A stretch of DNA of 50,045 bases from Burkholderiaceae bacterium (GCA_044368775.1 JBILJA010000001.1:1-50045), one strand, 5' to 3'. Counted from the first letter of the stretch, positions 30,557 to 42,038 are shown. Notes: generated from the sequence alone by a model not told the origin. Made by a program: numbers and translations.

Positions 30557-31327
30557 TTAATTCAAGCTATTACGATAATAATACTCATTAGTCACATAGT
30601 GACCGATACGTAATTCTACAGGACGGTTTCCATAGGTGAAGGAAATTCGCTCTACACAAAGTAGGGGTATAGACGACGCAACACCTAAAGCCAAAGCAAC
30701 GTCATCGGGGGCCGCGACAGCACGAATCTTTTCTTCGGCACGCACCATATTGATCCCAAACTCTGACTCGAACAAACCGTACAAAGGTCCAGAGTAATCG
30801 TTGAGGAGATCCGCTGTGAGTCCCTTAAAAAGAGCACCAGGCAGATAAATATCATCAATGACTGTGGGCGTATTTGAAAAGGAAAGTAACCGGCGAATCG
30901 CCACCACCGGATCGCCCGCTTTAATTTCGAGTGCCCGGGCAACGTCCGCAGCAGCGCGAAGGCGCCGACAATCCAGCACTTTGCTTTGTGCTGGTTCAGG
31001 CGCGCCTTCCTTGGGTGCCAGTCTCAAAAACCGGAAACGCACACGTGGCTCAAGGTGAGTCGCCACAAAGGTGCCCTTGCCTTGGCGTCTGAACAACAAG
31101 TTTTCGGCGGCAAGCTCATCAACGGCTTTACGGACCGTACCCTGACTCACCTGAAAACGGGCGGCGAGTTCGATTTCGCTGGGAATGGCTTCGCCTGGCT
31201 TCCATTCACCTGCGTCAAGCGCCATGACCAGCAGCGCTTTGATCTGCTGGTAAAGCGGACTGAAGGCGGCCGCCGTATTTGGACCTGAGTCGACCGAAGC
31301 CGCGCGCGCGCGAGTGCTCTCAGTCAT
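30557..31327 (-). CDS. GntR/HutC-family regulator with UTRA domain (SdhR-type)
   Basis: wHTH PSEIELAARFQVSQGTVRKA and RRQGKGTFV; lies between mdh and sdhC. Confidence 0.9.
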   Translation of the reverse strand: MTESTRARAASVDSGPNTAAAFSPLYQQIKALLVMALDAGEWKPGEAIPSEIELAARFQVSQGTVRKAVDELAAENLLFRRQGKGTFVATHLEPRVRFRFLRLAPKEGAPEPAQSKVLDCRRLRAAADVARALEIKAGDPVVAIRRLLSFSNTPTVIDDIYLPGALFKGLTADLLNDYSGPLYGLFESEFGINMVRAEEKIRAVAAPDDVALALGVASSIPLLCVERISFTYGNRPVELRIGHYVTNEYYYRNSLN

Positions 31328-31387
31328 CTGGATGGCTCTTAAATTTCATCATTCATTGTGGCATATTGCTCCAAGAAAGTCCATTAC

Positions 31388-31413
31388 TCTTGTGTCTTAT
31401 ATAAGATATAAGA
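31388..31413. promoter_or_regulatory. SdhR-type operator between the GntR gene and mdh
   Basis: TCTTGTGTCTTATATAAGATATAAGA, a 26-bp near-palindrome; its last 20 bp recur exactly at 39276-39295. Confidence 0.8.
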
Positions 31414-31416
31414 TCA

Positions 31417-31446
31417 TTGACGATCCACATGCATTTGCATTAGCAT
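31417..31446 (+). promoter_or_regulatory. Putative sigma70 promoter of mdh
   Basis: TTGACG-N18-TAGCAT. Confidence 0.5.
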
Positions 31447-31554
31447 TTGCCTATTCAACAACCTGCTCGACCGCCTCACAAATGGGGCGTGCAAAAAAGC
31501 TAAACTCTTTTATTACCCTTTCTCACAATCCTCTCAGTTCTATCGGAGATCGTT

Positions 31555-32544
31555 ATGTCCAAACCCGCCGTGCGTGTTGCGGTTACTGGTGCAGCAGGCC
31601 AGATCGGTTACGCCCTTTTGTTCCGTATTGCTTCAGGCGAAATGCTTGGCAAAGACCAGCCCGTGATCCTGCAACTTCTTGAGATCGCTGATGAAAAAGC
31701 TCAAAAGGGGCTCAAGGGCGTCATGATGGAGCTCGATGATTGCGCTTTCCCTTTGCTGCAATCGATGACGGCCCATAGTGATCCTCTCGAAGCCTTCAAA
31801 GACGTCGAAGTCGCACTTTTAGTGGGTTCACGTCCTCGTGGTCCCGGCATGGAGCGTGCGGATCTGCTGGCCGTGAATGCCGCCATTTTCACAGCGCAGG
31901 GCAAAGCCCTGAACGCCGTGGCAAATCGCAACGTCAAAGTATTAGTCGTCGGCAACCCAGCCAACACCAATGCCTACATCGCGATGAAATCGGCACCCGA
32001 TCTGCCCGCCAAAAACTTCACAGCCATGTTGCGTCTGGATCACAACCGCGCCTTGTCGCAGTTGGCCACCAAAATGGGCAAGCCTGTCGCCGACATTCAA
32101 AAACTAGCGGTCTGGGGCAACCACTCACCCACCATGTACGCGGATTATCGCTTCGCAACGATCGGCGGCCAGAGCGTGGAAAAGCTGATCAACGACGCAG
32201 CCTGGAACCGCGACGTGTTCTTGCCAACCGTTGGCAAGCGTGGTGCCGCCATCATTGAAGCGCGTGGTTTATCTTCCGCCGCTTCGGCCGCGAATGCTGC
32301 CATCGATCATGTCCGTGATTGGGTACTGGGCACAAATGGCAAATGGGTCACGATGGGCGTTCCTTCGGATGGCACCTACGGCATCCCCGAAGGCATCATG
32401 TACGGTGTACCCGTGACCTGCGAAGGCGGCCAATACCACCGTGTCACTGGTCTCGACGTCGACGCATTTTCTCGCGAGCGTATGGACCTCACGCTTAAAG
32501 AGCTGACAGAGGAGCGCGACGCAGTCGCTCATTTGCTCAAGTAA
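31555..32544 (+). CDS. mdh: Malate dehydrogenase
   Basis: [26 protein letters not shown] and WGNHS. Confidence 0.97.
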   Translation: MSKPAVRVAVTGAAGQIGYALLFRIASGEMLGKDQPVILQLLEIADEKAQKGLKGVMMELDDCAFPLLQSMTAHSDPLEAFKDVEVALLVGSRPRGPGMERADLLAVNAAIFTAQGKALNAVANRNVKVLVVGNPANTNAYIAMKSAPDLPAKNFTAMLRLDHNRALSQLATKMGKPVADIQKLAVWGNHSPTMYADYRFATIGGQSVEKLINDAAWNRDVFLPTVGKRGAAIIEARGLSSAASAANAAIDHVRDWVLGTNGKWVTMGVPSDGTYGIPEGIMYGVPVTCEGGQYHRVTGLDVDAFSRERMDLTLKELTEERDAVAHLLK

Positions 32545-32554
32545 GCACCGAGTT

Positions 32555-32582
32555 AATGGGCCCCACAAGGGCCCATTTTTTT
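32555..32582 (+). terminator. Intrinsic terminator after mdh
   Basis: AATGGGCCC-CACAA-GGGCCCATT followed by a T-run. Confidence 0.8.
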
Positions 32583-32628
32583 CATCACATTCCTTTTTAA
32601 AAAATACATACTCGTCTCGGAGAACATC

Positions 32629-33522
32629 ATGCCCAAACAAGCCCCCGCTGGTCAACGGTTTCGCGAAGCACTCGCGGCCGAAAAGCCTCTGCAAATTATC
32701 GGCGCCATCAACGCCAACCACGCTCTGCTTGCCAAGCGCGCCGGCTTCAAGGCCATCTACCTGTCCGGTGGCGGAGTCGCAGCTGGCTCTTTGGGTTTGC
32801 CCGACTTGGGTATCAACACGCTGGATGACGTATTGACTGATGTGCGCCGTATCACAGATGTATGCGATACACCATTGATCGTCGATATCGACACTGGTTT
32901 TGGCCCCTCCGCTTTTAACATCGCTCGGACTATTCAAAGCCTGAGCAAATTCGGCGCAGCTGGCTGCCACATCGAAGACCAAGTCGGCGCCAAGCGCTGC
33001 GGTCATCGTCCAGGAAAGGAAATCGTGTCGACAGAAGAAATGCGCGACCGCGTCAAAGCCGCCGCCGATGCACGCACCGATGACAGTTTTTACTTGATCG
33101 CACGTACCGACGCGATCGCCTCGCACGGCGTGGACGCTGCAATTGAACGTGCGATGGCCTGCGTTGAAGCTGGTGCGGATGCGATTTTTGCCGAAGCCGC
33201 CTACGACCTCGCGACCTTTGAAAAATTTTCTAAAGCAGTCAGCGTACCTTTACTCGCCAACATCACTGAATTTGGCCAAACACCGCTTTTTTCAGTCGAA
33301 GAGTTGCGCAGCTCAGGCGTTGGCATGGTGCTCTATCCACTCTCCGCTTTCCGTGCCATGAACAAAACTGCAGAAACGGTATACACCGCGATCCGCCGCG
33401 ACGGTCATCAGCGCAACGTGATCGACCTCATGCAAACGCGTGAAGAGCTTTACGATCGTATCAACTATCATGAATTCGAAGGCAAACTCGACGCACTATT
33501 TGCCCAAGGCAAATCCAAATAA
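32629..33522 (+). CDS. prpB: 2-methylisocitrate lyase
   Basis: [22 protein letters not shown] and LANITEFG. Confidence 0.96.
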   Translation: MPKQAPAGQRFREALAAEKPLQIIGAINANHALLAKRAGFKAIYLSGGGVAAGSLGLPDLGINTLDDVLTDVRRITDVCDTPLIVDIDTGFGPSAFNIARTIQSLSKFGAAGCHIEDQVGAKRCGHRPGKEIVSTEEMRDRVKAAADARTDDSFYLIARTDAIASHGVDAAIERAMACVEAGADAIFAEAAYDLATFEKFSKAVSVPLLANITEFGQTPLFSVEELRSSGVGMVLYPLSAFRAMNKTAETVYTAIRRDGHQRNVIDLMQTREELYDRINYHEFEGKLDALFAQGKSK

Positions 33523-33541
33523 TTTATTGAGGAAATAACAG

Positions 33542-34741
33542 ATGGCCACGACAAAAAAAACAGTGAAGCGCGCTGCTCCAGCCAAAGCGGTCGAGACTGC
33601 GGCGCCTGTTTTCAAACCTAAAAAATCCGTCGCGCTCTCGGGTGTGACAGCGGGCAATACCGCACTGTGTACAGTCGGTCGCAGCGGTAACGACTTGCAT
33701 TACCGCGGGTACGACATTCTTGATTTCGCCGATACGAGTGAATTTGAAGAAATCGCCCATCTGCTGATTCACGGCAAACTGCCTAACAAAGCTGAACTGG
33801 CTGCTTACAAAGAAAAACTGCGTTCGATGCGTGGCCTGCCCGCACAACTGCAAACCATTCTGGAATCACTGCCTGCGGCGAGCCACCCTATGGACGTCAT
33901 GCGCACCGCAGCCTCAGCTTTGGGTTGCATCCTGCCTGAAAAGGACGATCACAACATGCCCGATGCGCGTGACATTGCGGATCGCCTGATGGCTAACCTC
34001 GGCTCAGCCCTGCTCTACTGGTATCACTTTAGTCACAATGGCCGCATCATCGACGTACAAACCGATGACGACTCGATCGGCGCGCATTTCTTGCATCTGT
34101 TGCATGGCAAAAAACCCAATGCAGACTGGGTGCGTGCGATGCACACCTCACTCATTCTGTATGCAGAGCATGAGTTCAATGCCTCGACCTTTACCTGCCG
34201 TGTGATCGCAGGCACAGGCTCCGATATGTATTCGGCTATTGCGGGCGGTATTGGCGCTCTGCGCGGCCCCAAGCACGGCGGCGCCAACGAAGTGGCCTTT
34301 GAAGTGCAGAAACGCTACGAGACACCTGACGAAGCTGAAGCAGACGTTCGTGCACGCGTTGAAAATAAAGAAGTCATCATCGGCTTTGGTCATCCTGTCT
34401 ATACGATCTCTGATCCACGCAACAAGGTCATTAAAGATGTGGCCTTGCGTCTCTCAAAGAAAGCTGGCACCACCAAGATGTATGACATCGCCGATCGACT
34501 TGAGGCCGTGATGTGGGATGCGAAAAAAATGTTCGCGAACCTCGACTGGTTCTCAGCGGTGTCTTATCACATGATGGGCGTACCCACGGCAATGTTTACA
34601 CCTCTGTTCGTGATCGCACGTACGGCAGGTTGGTCTGCACACATCATTGAGCAACGTATCGACAACAAGATCATTCGTCCGGCAGCCAACTACACCGGCC
34701 CTGATGATCAGAAATTCGTTCCTCTCGCCAAACGTCGTTAA
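33542..34741 (+). CDS. prpC: 2-methylcitrate synthase
   Basis: [23 protein letters not shown] and GFGHPVY; lies in the prp cluster. Confidence 0.95.
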   Translation: MATTKKTVKRAAPAKAVETAAPVFKPKKSVALSGVTAGNTALCTVGRSGNDLHYRGYDILDFADTSEFEEIAHLLIHGKLPNKAELAAYKEKLRSMRGLPAQLQTILESLPAASHPMDVMRTAASALGCILPEKDDHNMPDARDIADRLMANLGSALLYWYHFSHNGRIIDVQTDDDSIGAHFLHLLHGKKPNADWVRAMHTSLILYAEHEFNASTFTCRVIAGTGSDMYSAIAGGIGALRGPKHGGANEVAFEVQKRYETPDEAEADVRARVENKEVIIGFGHPVYTISDPRNKVIKDVALRLSKKAGTTKMYDIADRLEAVMWDAKKMFANLDWFSAVSYHMMGVPTAMFTPLFVIARTAGWSAHIIEQRIDNKIIRPAANYTGPDDQKFVPLAKRR

Positions 34742-34755
34742 TTAGCATCAACAAT

Positions 34756-37350
34756 ATGAATACTGCGAATCGCAAACCTCTTTCTGGCACCAAACTCGAT
34801 TACTTTGACACGCGCGCGGCTGTCGACGCCATCAAGCCAGGTGCGTATGACAAGTTGCCTTACACCTCGCGCGTGTTGGCTGAAAATCTGGTGCGTCGTT
34901 GCGACCCCGCAACGCTTGCGGCTTCGTTGACTCAAATCATCGAACGCAAACGTGATCTAGATTTTCCCTGGTTTCCTGCCAGGGTTGTTTGCCATGACAT
35001 TCTTGGGCAAACTGCCCTCGTAGATCTGGCAGGCCTGAGGGATGCGATCGCAGCACAAGGCGGAGATCCCGCACTCGTCAACCCGGTTGTCCCGACACAG
35101 CTGATTGTCGATCACTCCTTGGCCGTCGAGTGTGGCGGTTTCGATCCGGACGCGTTTGAAAAAAACCGTGCTATCGAAGATCGACGTAACGAAGATCGTT
35201 TCCATTTTATTAATTGGACAAAAAAAACCTTTAAGAACGTTGACGTGATTCCTCCCGGCAACGGCATCATGCATCAGATCAATCTAGAGCGCATGTCGCC
35301 TGTTGTACATGCCCAAGAGGGTGTCGCATTTCCAGATACCTTGGTCGGCACAGACAGTCACACGCCGCATGTGGACGCCCTTGGTGTCATCGCGATTGGC
35401 GTGGGCGGCCTTGAAGCCGAGAGCGTGATGCTCGGTCGCGCTTCGTGGATGCGACTACCTGACATTATTGGCGTGGAGCTGACTGGCAAGTTGCAGCCTG
35501 GCATCACCGCCACTGATTTAGTGTTGGCACTTACAGAGTATTTGCGTAGTCAAAAAGTGGTGTCGTCCTACCTCGAGTTTTTCGGCGAGGGCGCGGCTCA
35601 TCTGACGCTGGGTGATCGCGCAACGATTTCAAACATGACACCTGAGTATGGTGCGACGGCTGCGATGTTTTACATCGATCAGCAAACCATTGACTATCTG
35701 ACCTTAACAGGTCGCGAAGCCGAGCAAGTCAAGCTTGTTGAGACCTATGCCAAGCAAGCGGGTCTGTGGGCCGATAGCCTCAAGACCGCTGAGTATGAGC
35801 GTGTGTTGCATTTTGATTTGTCCTCAGTCGTCAGAAATATCGCAGGTCCTTCCAATCCACATCGTCGTGTCGCCACGTCTGATCTCGCTGCCAAGGGCAT
35901 TTCCGGCAAGGTAGAGAATGAACCTGGTCTGATGCCTGATGGCGCTGTGATTATTGCGGCGATTACGAGCTGCACCAATACCAGTAATCCACGTAATGTG
36001 ATTGCAGCGGGCTTGTTAGCGCGCAACGCAAACGCACGCGGACTCACGCGCAAGCCTTGGGTCAAGAGCTCTCTTGCTCCTGGATCGAAAACTGTTGAGC
36101 TCTACCTCAATGACGCAAAGTTGTTGTCTGAGCTCGAAACACTTGGTTTTGGTATTGTGGGTTTTGCCTGCACGACCTGTAACGGCATGAGCGGTGCGTT
36201 GGATCCTGTTATTCAACAGGAAATCATTGATCGCGATTTGTACGCTACGGCTGTGTTGTCCGGCAACCGTAACTTTGACGGTCGTATTCACCCCTATGCG
36301 AAACAGGCCTTCTTGGCCTCGCCCCCGCTAGTGGTGGCCTACGCGATCGCAGGCACAATCCGCTTTGACATTGAGCGCGACGTTTTGGGCATCGGTCATG
36401 ATGGTAAACCTGTCATGCTCAAGGATATCTGGCCCTCCGATGAGGAGATTGATGCCATCGTTAAAGCCAGCGTCAAGCCCGAACAGTTCCGCAAGGTGTA
36501 TGAGCCGATGTTCGCCATAACTGTGGACGCAGGTGAGAAACTCAGTCCACTTTATGACTGGCGCCCTCAGAGCACCTACATCCGTCGCCCACCCTACTGG
36601 GAAGGTGCCCTTGCGGGTGCGCGTGACTTAAAAGGTATGCGTCCACTGGCAGTCCTCGGTGACAACATCACGACGGATCACTTGTCTCCGTCCAACGCCA
36701 TCATGCTCGACAGTGCGGCAGGCGAATATCTCGCAAAAATGGGCCTTCCCGAAGAAGACTTTAATTCCTATGCGACCCATCGCGGTGACCATCTGACGGC
36801 GCAACGCGCGACCTTTGCCAACCCCAAGCTTATCAACGAGATGGTGTTGGAAAACGGCAAAGTCAAACAAGGCTCGCTGGCGCGTATTGAGCCAGAGGGC
36901 AAGGTCACACGTATGTGGGAAGCGATCGAAACCTATATGGAGCGCAAACAACCACTGATCATCGTGGCAGGCGCGGATTATGGTCAGGGCTCCTCGCGCG
37001 ACTGGGCGGCCAAAGGCGTTCGCCTTGCGGGCGTCGAAGCGATCGCGGCCGAGGGCTTCGAACGTATCCATCGCACCAATCTGGTGGGCATGGGGGTGCT
37101 TCCCCTTGAGTTTAAAGCTGGGGTCGATCGCAAGACTTTGCAACTCGATGGCACTGAAATTTATGACGTAGTGGGAAAACCCACACCGCTCGCAACTTTA
37201 ACCTTGGTCATCACACGCAAGAGCGGTGAAAGGCTTGAGGTGCCGATGACGTGTCGTCTCGATACCGCTGAAGAGGTTTCCATCTACGAAGCGGGCGGCG
37301 TCTTGCAGCGTTTCGCACAAGACTTTTTAGAGTCCACTGCAGCGGCTTAA
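34756..37350 (+). CDS. acnD: Fe/S-dependent 2-methylcitrate dehydratase AcnD
   Basis: Aconitase fold with the AcnD-type WFPARVVCHDILGQTALVDLAGLRD; followed by prpF. Confidence 0.94.
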   Translation: MNTANRKPLSGTKLDYFDTRAAVDAIKPGAYDKLPYTSRVLAENLVRRCDPATLAASLTQIIERKRDLDFPWFPARVVCHDILGQTALVDLAGLRDAIAAQGGDPALVNPVVPTQLIVDHSLAVECGGFDPDAFEKNRAIEDRRNEDRFHFINWTKKTFKNVDVIPPGNGIMHQINLERMSPVVHAQEGVAFPDTLVGTDSHTPHVDALGVIAIGVGGLEAESVMLGRASWMRLPDIIGVELTGKLQPGITATDLVLALTEYLRSQKVVSSYLEFFGEGAAHLTLGDRATISNMTPEYGATAAMFYIDQQTIDYLTLTGREAEQVKLVETYAKQAGLWADSLKTAEYERVLHFDLSSVVRNIAGPSNPHRRVATSDLAAKGISGKVENEPGLMPDGAVIIAAITSCTNTSNPRNVIAAGLLARNANARGLTRKPWVKSSLAPGSKTVELYLNDAKLLSELETLGFGIVGFACTTCNGMSGALDPVIQQEIIDRDLYATAVLSGNRNFDGRIHPYAKQAFLASPPLVVAYAIAGTIRFDIERDVLGIGHDGKPVMLKDIWPSDEEIDAIVKASVKPEQFRKVYEPMFAITVDAGEKLSPLYDWRPQSTYIRRPPYWEGALAGARDLKGMRPLAVLGDNITTDHLSPSNAIMLDSAAGEYLAKMGLPEEDFNSYATHRGDHLTAQRATFANPKLINEMVLENGKVKQGSLARIEPEGKVTRMWEAIETYMERKQPLIIVAGADYGQGSSRDWAAKGVRLAGVEAIAAEGFERIHRTNLVGMGVLPLEFKAGVDRKTLQLDGTEIYDVVGKPTPLATLTLVITRKSGERLEVPMTCRLDTAEEVSIYEAGGVLQRFAQDFLESTAAA

Positions 37351-37372
37351 AAATCTATCAGGAAATATACAC

Positions 37373-38554
37373 ATGGCGCACGCACCACAAATTAAAGTTC
37401 CCGCCACCTATATGCGCGGCGGTACAAGTAAAGGCGTTTTCTTTCGCTTGCAAGATATGCCGCCCGCCACACAGGTCCCTGGTGCTGCGCGCGATGCGTT
37501 GCTGATGCGCGTCATCGGCAGTCCGGACCCCTATGGCAAGCAAACAGATGGCATGGGTGCCGCGACCTCGAGTACCAGTAAAACCGTCATCCTCGCCAAA
37601 AGCACGCGCCCCGATCACGATGTGGATTACTTGTTTGGTCAGGTCTCGATCGACAAACCTTTCATCGACTGGAGTGGCAACTGCGGCAACCTGTCCGCGG
37701 CGGTCGGCCCCTTTAGCATCAGCAACGGTTTGGTGGATGCGAGCCGTATTCCAAAAAATGGCATCGCGACAGTCCGGATCTGGCAAGCCAATATCGGTAA
37801 AACCATTATTTCGCATGTACAGATGACCGACGGTGCAGTCCAAGAGACGGGTGACTTCGAGTTGGATGGCGTGACGTTTCCTGCAGCCGAAGTTCAGCTT
37901 GAATTCATGGATCCGGCCGCCGAAGAAGAAGGTGGTGGCGGCGCCATGTTTCCAACCGGCAACCTGGTGGACGACTTAGTCGTGCCGGGTGTCGGCACAC
38001 TCAAGGCTACCATGATTAACGCTGGCATCCCTACGATTTTTATCAATGCCGAGTCTGTCGGCTACAAAGGTACCGAACTTCAGGACGACATCAATAGCGA
38101 CCCCAAAGCGCTTGAGATGTTTGAAAAAATTCGTGCCTACGGTTCGTTGCGTATGGGTCTAATTAGTCAGCTCGAAGAGGCCGCCAAGCGTCAACACACG
38201 CCTAAAGTCGCGTTTGTGGCAAAGCCTGCTGATTATGTGGCCTCGAGTGGTAAAGAAATCTCAGCTTCCGATATCAATGTGTTGGTTCGCGCGCTTTCGA
38301 TGGGCAAGTTGCATCACGCCATGATGGGAACAGCCGCCGTTGCGATTGGTACCGCGGCAGCGATTCCGGGCACCCTTGTCAATCTCGCTGCTGGCGGTGG
38401 CAATTTAGATGCGGTGCGCTTTGGTCACCCTTCAGGCACGCTGCGCGTAGGTGCGCAAGCCAATCAAGTCGACGGAGAGTGGCAAGTCACCAAAGCCATC
38501 ATGAGCCGCAGCGCCCGTGTCCTCATGGAAGGCTGGGTTCGCGTTCCGGGCTAA
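37373..38554 (+). CDS. prpF: 2-methylaconitate cis-trans isomerase
   Basis: YMRGGTSKG, WSGNCGN, SMGKLHHAM and RSARVLMEG. Confidence 0.95.
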   Translation: MAHAPQIKVPATYMRGGTSKGVFFRLQDMPPATQVPGAARDALLMRVIGSPDPYGKQTDGMGAATSSTSKTVILAKSTRPDHDVDYLFGQVSIDKPFIDWSGNCGNLSAAVGPFSISNGLVDASRIPKNGIATVRIWQANIGKTIISHVQMTDGAVQETGDFELDGVTFPAAEVQLEFMDPAAEEEGGGGAMFPTGNLVDDLVVPGVGTLKATMINAGIPTIFINAESVGYKGTELQDDINSDPKALEMFEKIRAYGSLRMGLISQLEEAAKRQHTPKVAFVAKPADYVASSGKEISASDINVLVRALSMGKLHHAMMGTAAVAIGTAAAIPGTLVNLAAGGGNLDAVRFGHPSGTLRVGAQANQVDGEWQVTKAIMSRSARVLMEGWVRVPG

Positions 38555-38590
38555 TCCGCGCGAACACCTATCAACGATTAAGTAGGCACT

Positions 38591-38980
38591 ATGCAACAAT
38601 ATTTTTCTCACGCACTCGTTCTGACTTTTACGTTTTTCGTCACATGCTCCTTTGTGTTTTTTATCTCAGGTGCGTATTTGTGGTTTTACAAGATCAACGA
38701 AGTCAACGCCCGTTTTAAACATCCCTATCTAAAAGAGCGCAGATTCGCAGACCTGCCAATCAGCATCAGATTGACGATTACGCTAGACTACTTTTTACGG
38801 ATCCTTTTTCACAAATCTAACGCCTCGTTTGCCAGCAATGCCAATCGGTTGTTGTCGCACGTCGATCCCGTAAACCTACCGATGAGTGTACGCTGGCCCA
38901 TTGTTGGCCTATGGGGTAGCTGCGCAGTGGGCATTGTTGCAATGTTGGGACTTTGGGCGCTTTTGATCATAGGGTCTTAA
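38591..38980 (+). CDS. Hypothetical membrane protein (two predicted TM segments)
   Basis: 129-aa ORF that fills the gap between prpF and the GNAT gene; hydrophobic N- and C-terminal stretches; no family recognised. Confidence 0.65.
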   Translation: MQQYFSHALVLTFTFFVTCSFVFFISGAYLWFYKINEVNARFKHPYLKERRFADLPISIRLTITLDYFLRILFHKSNASFASNANRLLSHVDPVNLPMSVRWPIVGLWGSCAVGIVAMLGLWALLIIGS

Positions 38981-38983
38981 TTG

Positions 38984-39256
38984 ATGAGCACAATTGAACA
39001 CAATGTCATCAGCAAGTGCTTTGAGCTCAGGCTTGAAGGTCATCGCTGCGTCCTTGATTACACCTTGAACAACAATGTGATGACCATCACCCATACTGGC
39101 GTTCCAAGCGAGCTGGGCGGACGCGGTCTAGCCGCCGAAATCACCAAGTTTGCTCTGGAGCATGCACAGTCACAAGGCTGGAAGGTCATTCCTCAATGCA
39201 GCTATGTGGCGGCCTATATCAAAAAGCACCCCCATTACGCACCTCTGGCAAATTAA
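38984..39256 (+). CDS. Small GNAT N-acetyltransferase (YjdJ-like)
   Basis: HTGVPSELGGRGLA and KVIPQCSYV. Confidence 0.85.
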   Translation: MSTIEHNVISKCFELRLEGHRCVLDYTLNNNVMTITHTGVPSELGGRGLAAEITKFALEHAQSQGWKVIPQCSYVAAYIKKHPHYAPLAN

Positions 39257-39269
39257 GATTTACTTATTT

Positions 39270-39295
39270 TTTAAAGTCTTATATAAGATATAAGA
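39270..39295. promoter_or_regulatory. SdhR-type operator upstream of acnB
   Basis: GTCTTATATAAGATATAAGA (39276-39295) is identical to 31394-31413. Confidence 0.8.
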
Positions 39296-39298
39296 CAC

Positions 39299-39327
39299 TT
39301 GCGACACCAAGCTCTTCGCTCTACAAT
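39299..39327 (+). promoter_or_regulatory. Putative sigma70 promoter of acnB
   Basis: TTGCGA-N17-TACAAT. Confidence 0.6.
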
Positions 39328-39361
39328 CATTTCATCCTTCACCACATAGAAAGGCGCTCAC

Positions 39362-41941
39362 ATGCTACAAGCCTATCGCCAACACGTTGCCGAACGCGCA
39401 GCCCTTGGTATTCCTCCCCTTCCACTCTCGGCGCAGCAGACCGCTGACCTGATTGAGTTGCTCAAAGCCCCCCCGGCAGGCGAAGGCGAGACCCTCGTCG
39501 ATTTATTCACGCATCGCGTGCCCGCAGGCGTGGATGATGCTGCGAAAGTCAAAGCTTCTTATCTTGCCGCTGTGGCATTGGGTTCGGAAAAATGCTCCCT
39601 GATCTCGCGCGCCAAGGCGACTGAATTACTCGGTACGATGCTCGGCGGCTATAATATCGGTCCTCTGGTCGAACTGCTGGACGACAAAGAAGTCGGCACC
39701 ATTGCGGCGGCTGGACTGAAGAAAACATTATTGATGTTTGATGCCTTTCATGATGTCAAAGAGAAAGCCGTCAAGGGCAACGCGAACGCTAAAGCTGTGA
39801 TGCAAAGCTGGGCCGATGGCGAATGGTTCACCAGCCGCCCCGAAGTGCCAAAAAGCTTGAAAATCACCGTTTTCAAAGTCACGGGCGAGACCAACACGGA
39901 CGACCTGTCCCCAGCACCTGATGCCTGGAGCCGTCCTGACATTCCCCTGCACGCTCTGGCGATGCTCAAGAACCCCCGCCCTGGCATTGAGCCCCAAGAA
40001 GCAGGCAAAACAGGCCCGATCAACTTCATCAACGACCTCAAGAAAAAAGGCAATTTGGTTGCTTACGTCGGTGATGTGGTCGGCACAGGCTCCTCACGCA
40101 AATCGGCAACAAACTCTGTGTTGTGGTTTACCGGCGAAGACATTCCTTTCGTGCCTAACAAGCGCTTTGGCGGCGTGTGTCTCGGTAACAAAATCGCTCC
40201 GATTTTCTACAACACGATGGAAGATGCTGGCGCGCTCCCGATCGAACTCGATGTCTCCAATATGAACATGGGCGATGTCATTGAGTTGCGTCCTTATGAC
40301 GGCGAAGCATTGAAAGACGGTAAGGTCATCGCCAAGTTTCAAGTCAAATCGGATGTGTTGTTTGATGAAGTCCGTGCCGGTGGACGTATTCCTCTCATCG
40401 TCGGTCGTGGCTTGACTGGCAAAGCACGCGAAGCACTCGGTCTGCCGGCTTCGACCTTGTTCCGCTTTCCACAAAATCCTGTAGCCTCCACCAAGGGCTT
40501 TACCTTGGCGCAAAAAATGGTGGGTCGCGCGTGTGGCTTGCCTGAAGGCCAGGGCGTGCGCCCCGGTGCGTACTGTGAGCCCAAGATGACCTCCGTGGGC
40601 AGTCAGGACACTACAGGCCCGATGACGCGTGACGAGTTAAAAGATTTGGCCTGCCTGGGCTTTTCTGCCGACTTGGTGATGCAGTCCTTCTGTCACACCT
40701 CGGCCTACCCTAAAAAAGTAGACGTCAAAACGCATCACACACTTCCTGAGTTCATGAGCAACCGTGGCGGTATTTCGCTGCGCCCTGGCGACGGCGTGAT
40801 TCACTCCTGGCTCAATCGCATGCTGTTGCCCGACACAGTCGGCACGGGTGGCGACTCACACACACGTTTCCCGATCGGCATCAGCTTTCCGGCAGGTTCT
40901 GGTCTGGTCGCGTTTGCCGCTGCCACTGGCGTGATGCCACTGGATATGCCTGAGTCGGTGCTGGTCCGTTTCAAAGGCAAAATGCAGCCCGGTGTTACCC
41001 TGCGTGACTTGGTCAGTGCGATCCCCTTGTACGCCATCAAAGCGGGTCTGTTGACCGTAGACAAATCGAACAAGGTCAATATTTTCTCTGGTCGCATTCT
41101 TGAAATCGAAGGCTTGCCTGATCTCAAGGCCGAGCAGGCTTTCGAATTGTCAGATGCGTCGGCCGAGCGTTCCGCTGCGGGTTGTACCGTGCGACTGAAC
41201 AAAGAGCCGATCATTGAATACATCAACAGCAACATCGTCATGTTGAAGTGGATGATTGCCAATGGTTACGAGGACGAGCGCAGTCTGATGCGTCGTATCC
41301 AGGCAATGGAAGCTTGGCTCGCCAATCCACAGCTGCTCCAGCCCGATGCGGATGCGGAATACGCTGCCGTGATTGACATCGACCTGGCCGACATTCATGA
41401 GCCTATCGTGGCCTGTCCGAACGATCCAGACGACGTCAAAATGTTGTCCGAAGTCGCAGGCGCCAAGATCGACGAAGTGTTCATCGGCAGCTGCATGACC
41501 AATATCGGACATTTCCGTGCCGCCTCCAAGCTTCTCGAAGGCAAGCGTGACATGCCCGTCAAGCTCTGGATCGCACCACCCACCAAGATGGATGCCGCAC
41601 AGCTGACAGAAGAAGGTCACTATGGCGTTTTTGGTTCGGCGGGGGCACGCACCGAGCCACCAGGCTGCTCGCTGTGCATGGGTAACCAGGCTCAGGTTCG
41701 CGAAGGTGCGACGGTCATGTCCACTAGCACCCGTAACTTCCCAAATCGATTGGGCAAAAATACCAACGTGTATTTGGGTTCTGCCGAATTGGCCGCGATT
41801 TGTTCGAAGCTTGGTCGTATCCCAACCAAGCAAGAGTACATGACAGATATGGGCGTGCTCGATAAGAGCAGTGCTGATATCTACAAGTACCTCAATTTCG
41901 ATCAAATTCCTGATTATAAGGATGTCGCTGACGCCGTCTAA
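39362..41941 (+). CDS. acnB: Aconitate hydratase B / 2-methylisocitrate dehydratase
   Basis: N-terminal [34 protein letters not shown] and [11 protein letters not shown]. Confidence 0.97.
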   Translation: MLQAYRQHVAERAALGIPPLPLSAQQTADLIELLKAPPAGEGETLVDLFTHRVPAGVDDAAKVKASYLAAVALGSEKCSLISRAKATELLGTMLGGYNIGPLVELLDDKEVGTIAAAGLKKTLLMFDAFHDVKEKAVKGNANAKAVMQSWADGEWFTSRPEVPKSLKITVFKVTGETNTDDLSPAPDAWSRPDIPLHALAMLKNPRPGIEPQEAGKTGPINFINDLKKKGNLVAYVGDVVGTGSSRKSATNSVLWFTGEDIPFVPNKRFGGVCLGNKIAPIFYNTMEDAGALPIELDVSNMNMGDVIELRPYDGEALKDGKVIAKFQVKSDVLFDEVRAGGRIPLIVGRGLTGKAREALGLPASTLFRFPQNPVASTKGFTLAQKMVGRACGLPEGQGVRPGAYCEPKMTSVGSQDTTGPMTRDELKDLACLGFSADLVMQSFCHTSAYPKKVDVKTHHTLPEFMSNRGGISLRPGDGVIHSWLNRMLLPDTVGTGGDSHTRFPIGISFPAGSGLVAFAAATGVMPLDMPESVLVRFKGKMQPGVTLRDLVSAIPLYAIKAGLLTVDKSNKVNIFSGRILEIEGLPDLKAEQAFELSDASAERSAAGCTVRLNKEPIIEYINSNIVMLKWMIANGYEDERSLMRRIQAMEAWLANPQLLQPDADAEYAAVIDIDLADIHEPIVACPNDPDDVKMLSEVAGAKIDEVFIGSCMTNIGHFRAASKLLEGKRDMPVKLWIAPPTKMDAAQLTEEGHYGVFGSAGARTEPPGCSLCMGNQAQVREGATVMSTSTRNFPNRLGKNTNVYLGSAELAAICSKLGRIPTKQEYMTDMGVLDKSSADIYKYLNFDQIPDYKDVADAV

Positions 41942-41999
41942 ACCCAGTACTCCGGTGTCAATAGCCGGAGCACCGCGTGAGATAGGTTCAAGCTCTTCT

Positions 42000-42038
42000 A
42001 GCCACCTGTGTTTGACCCCACAGGTGGCTTTTTTATTG
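42000..42038 (+). terminator. Intrinsic terminator after acnB
   Basis: AGCCACCTGTG-TTTGACCC-CACAGGTGGCT followed by TTTTTATT. Confidence 0.88.

Noticed and set aside
31429-31451. GCATTTGC repeats upstream of mdh
   Set aside because: Short, overlapping the putative promoter spacer and -10, and only a weak match to the PhaR core.
33542-33610. Lys/Ala-rich N-terminal tail on PrpC
   Set aside because: Short, probably disordered extension with no evidence of a separate function.
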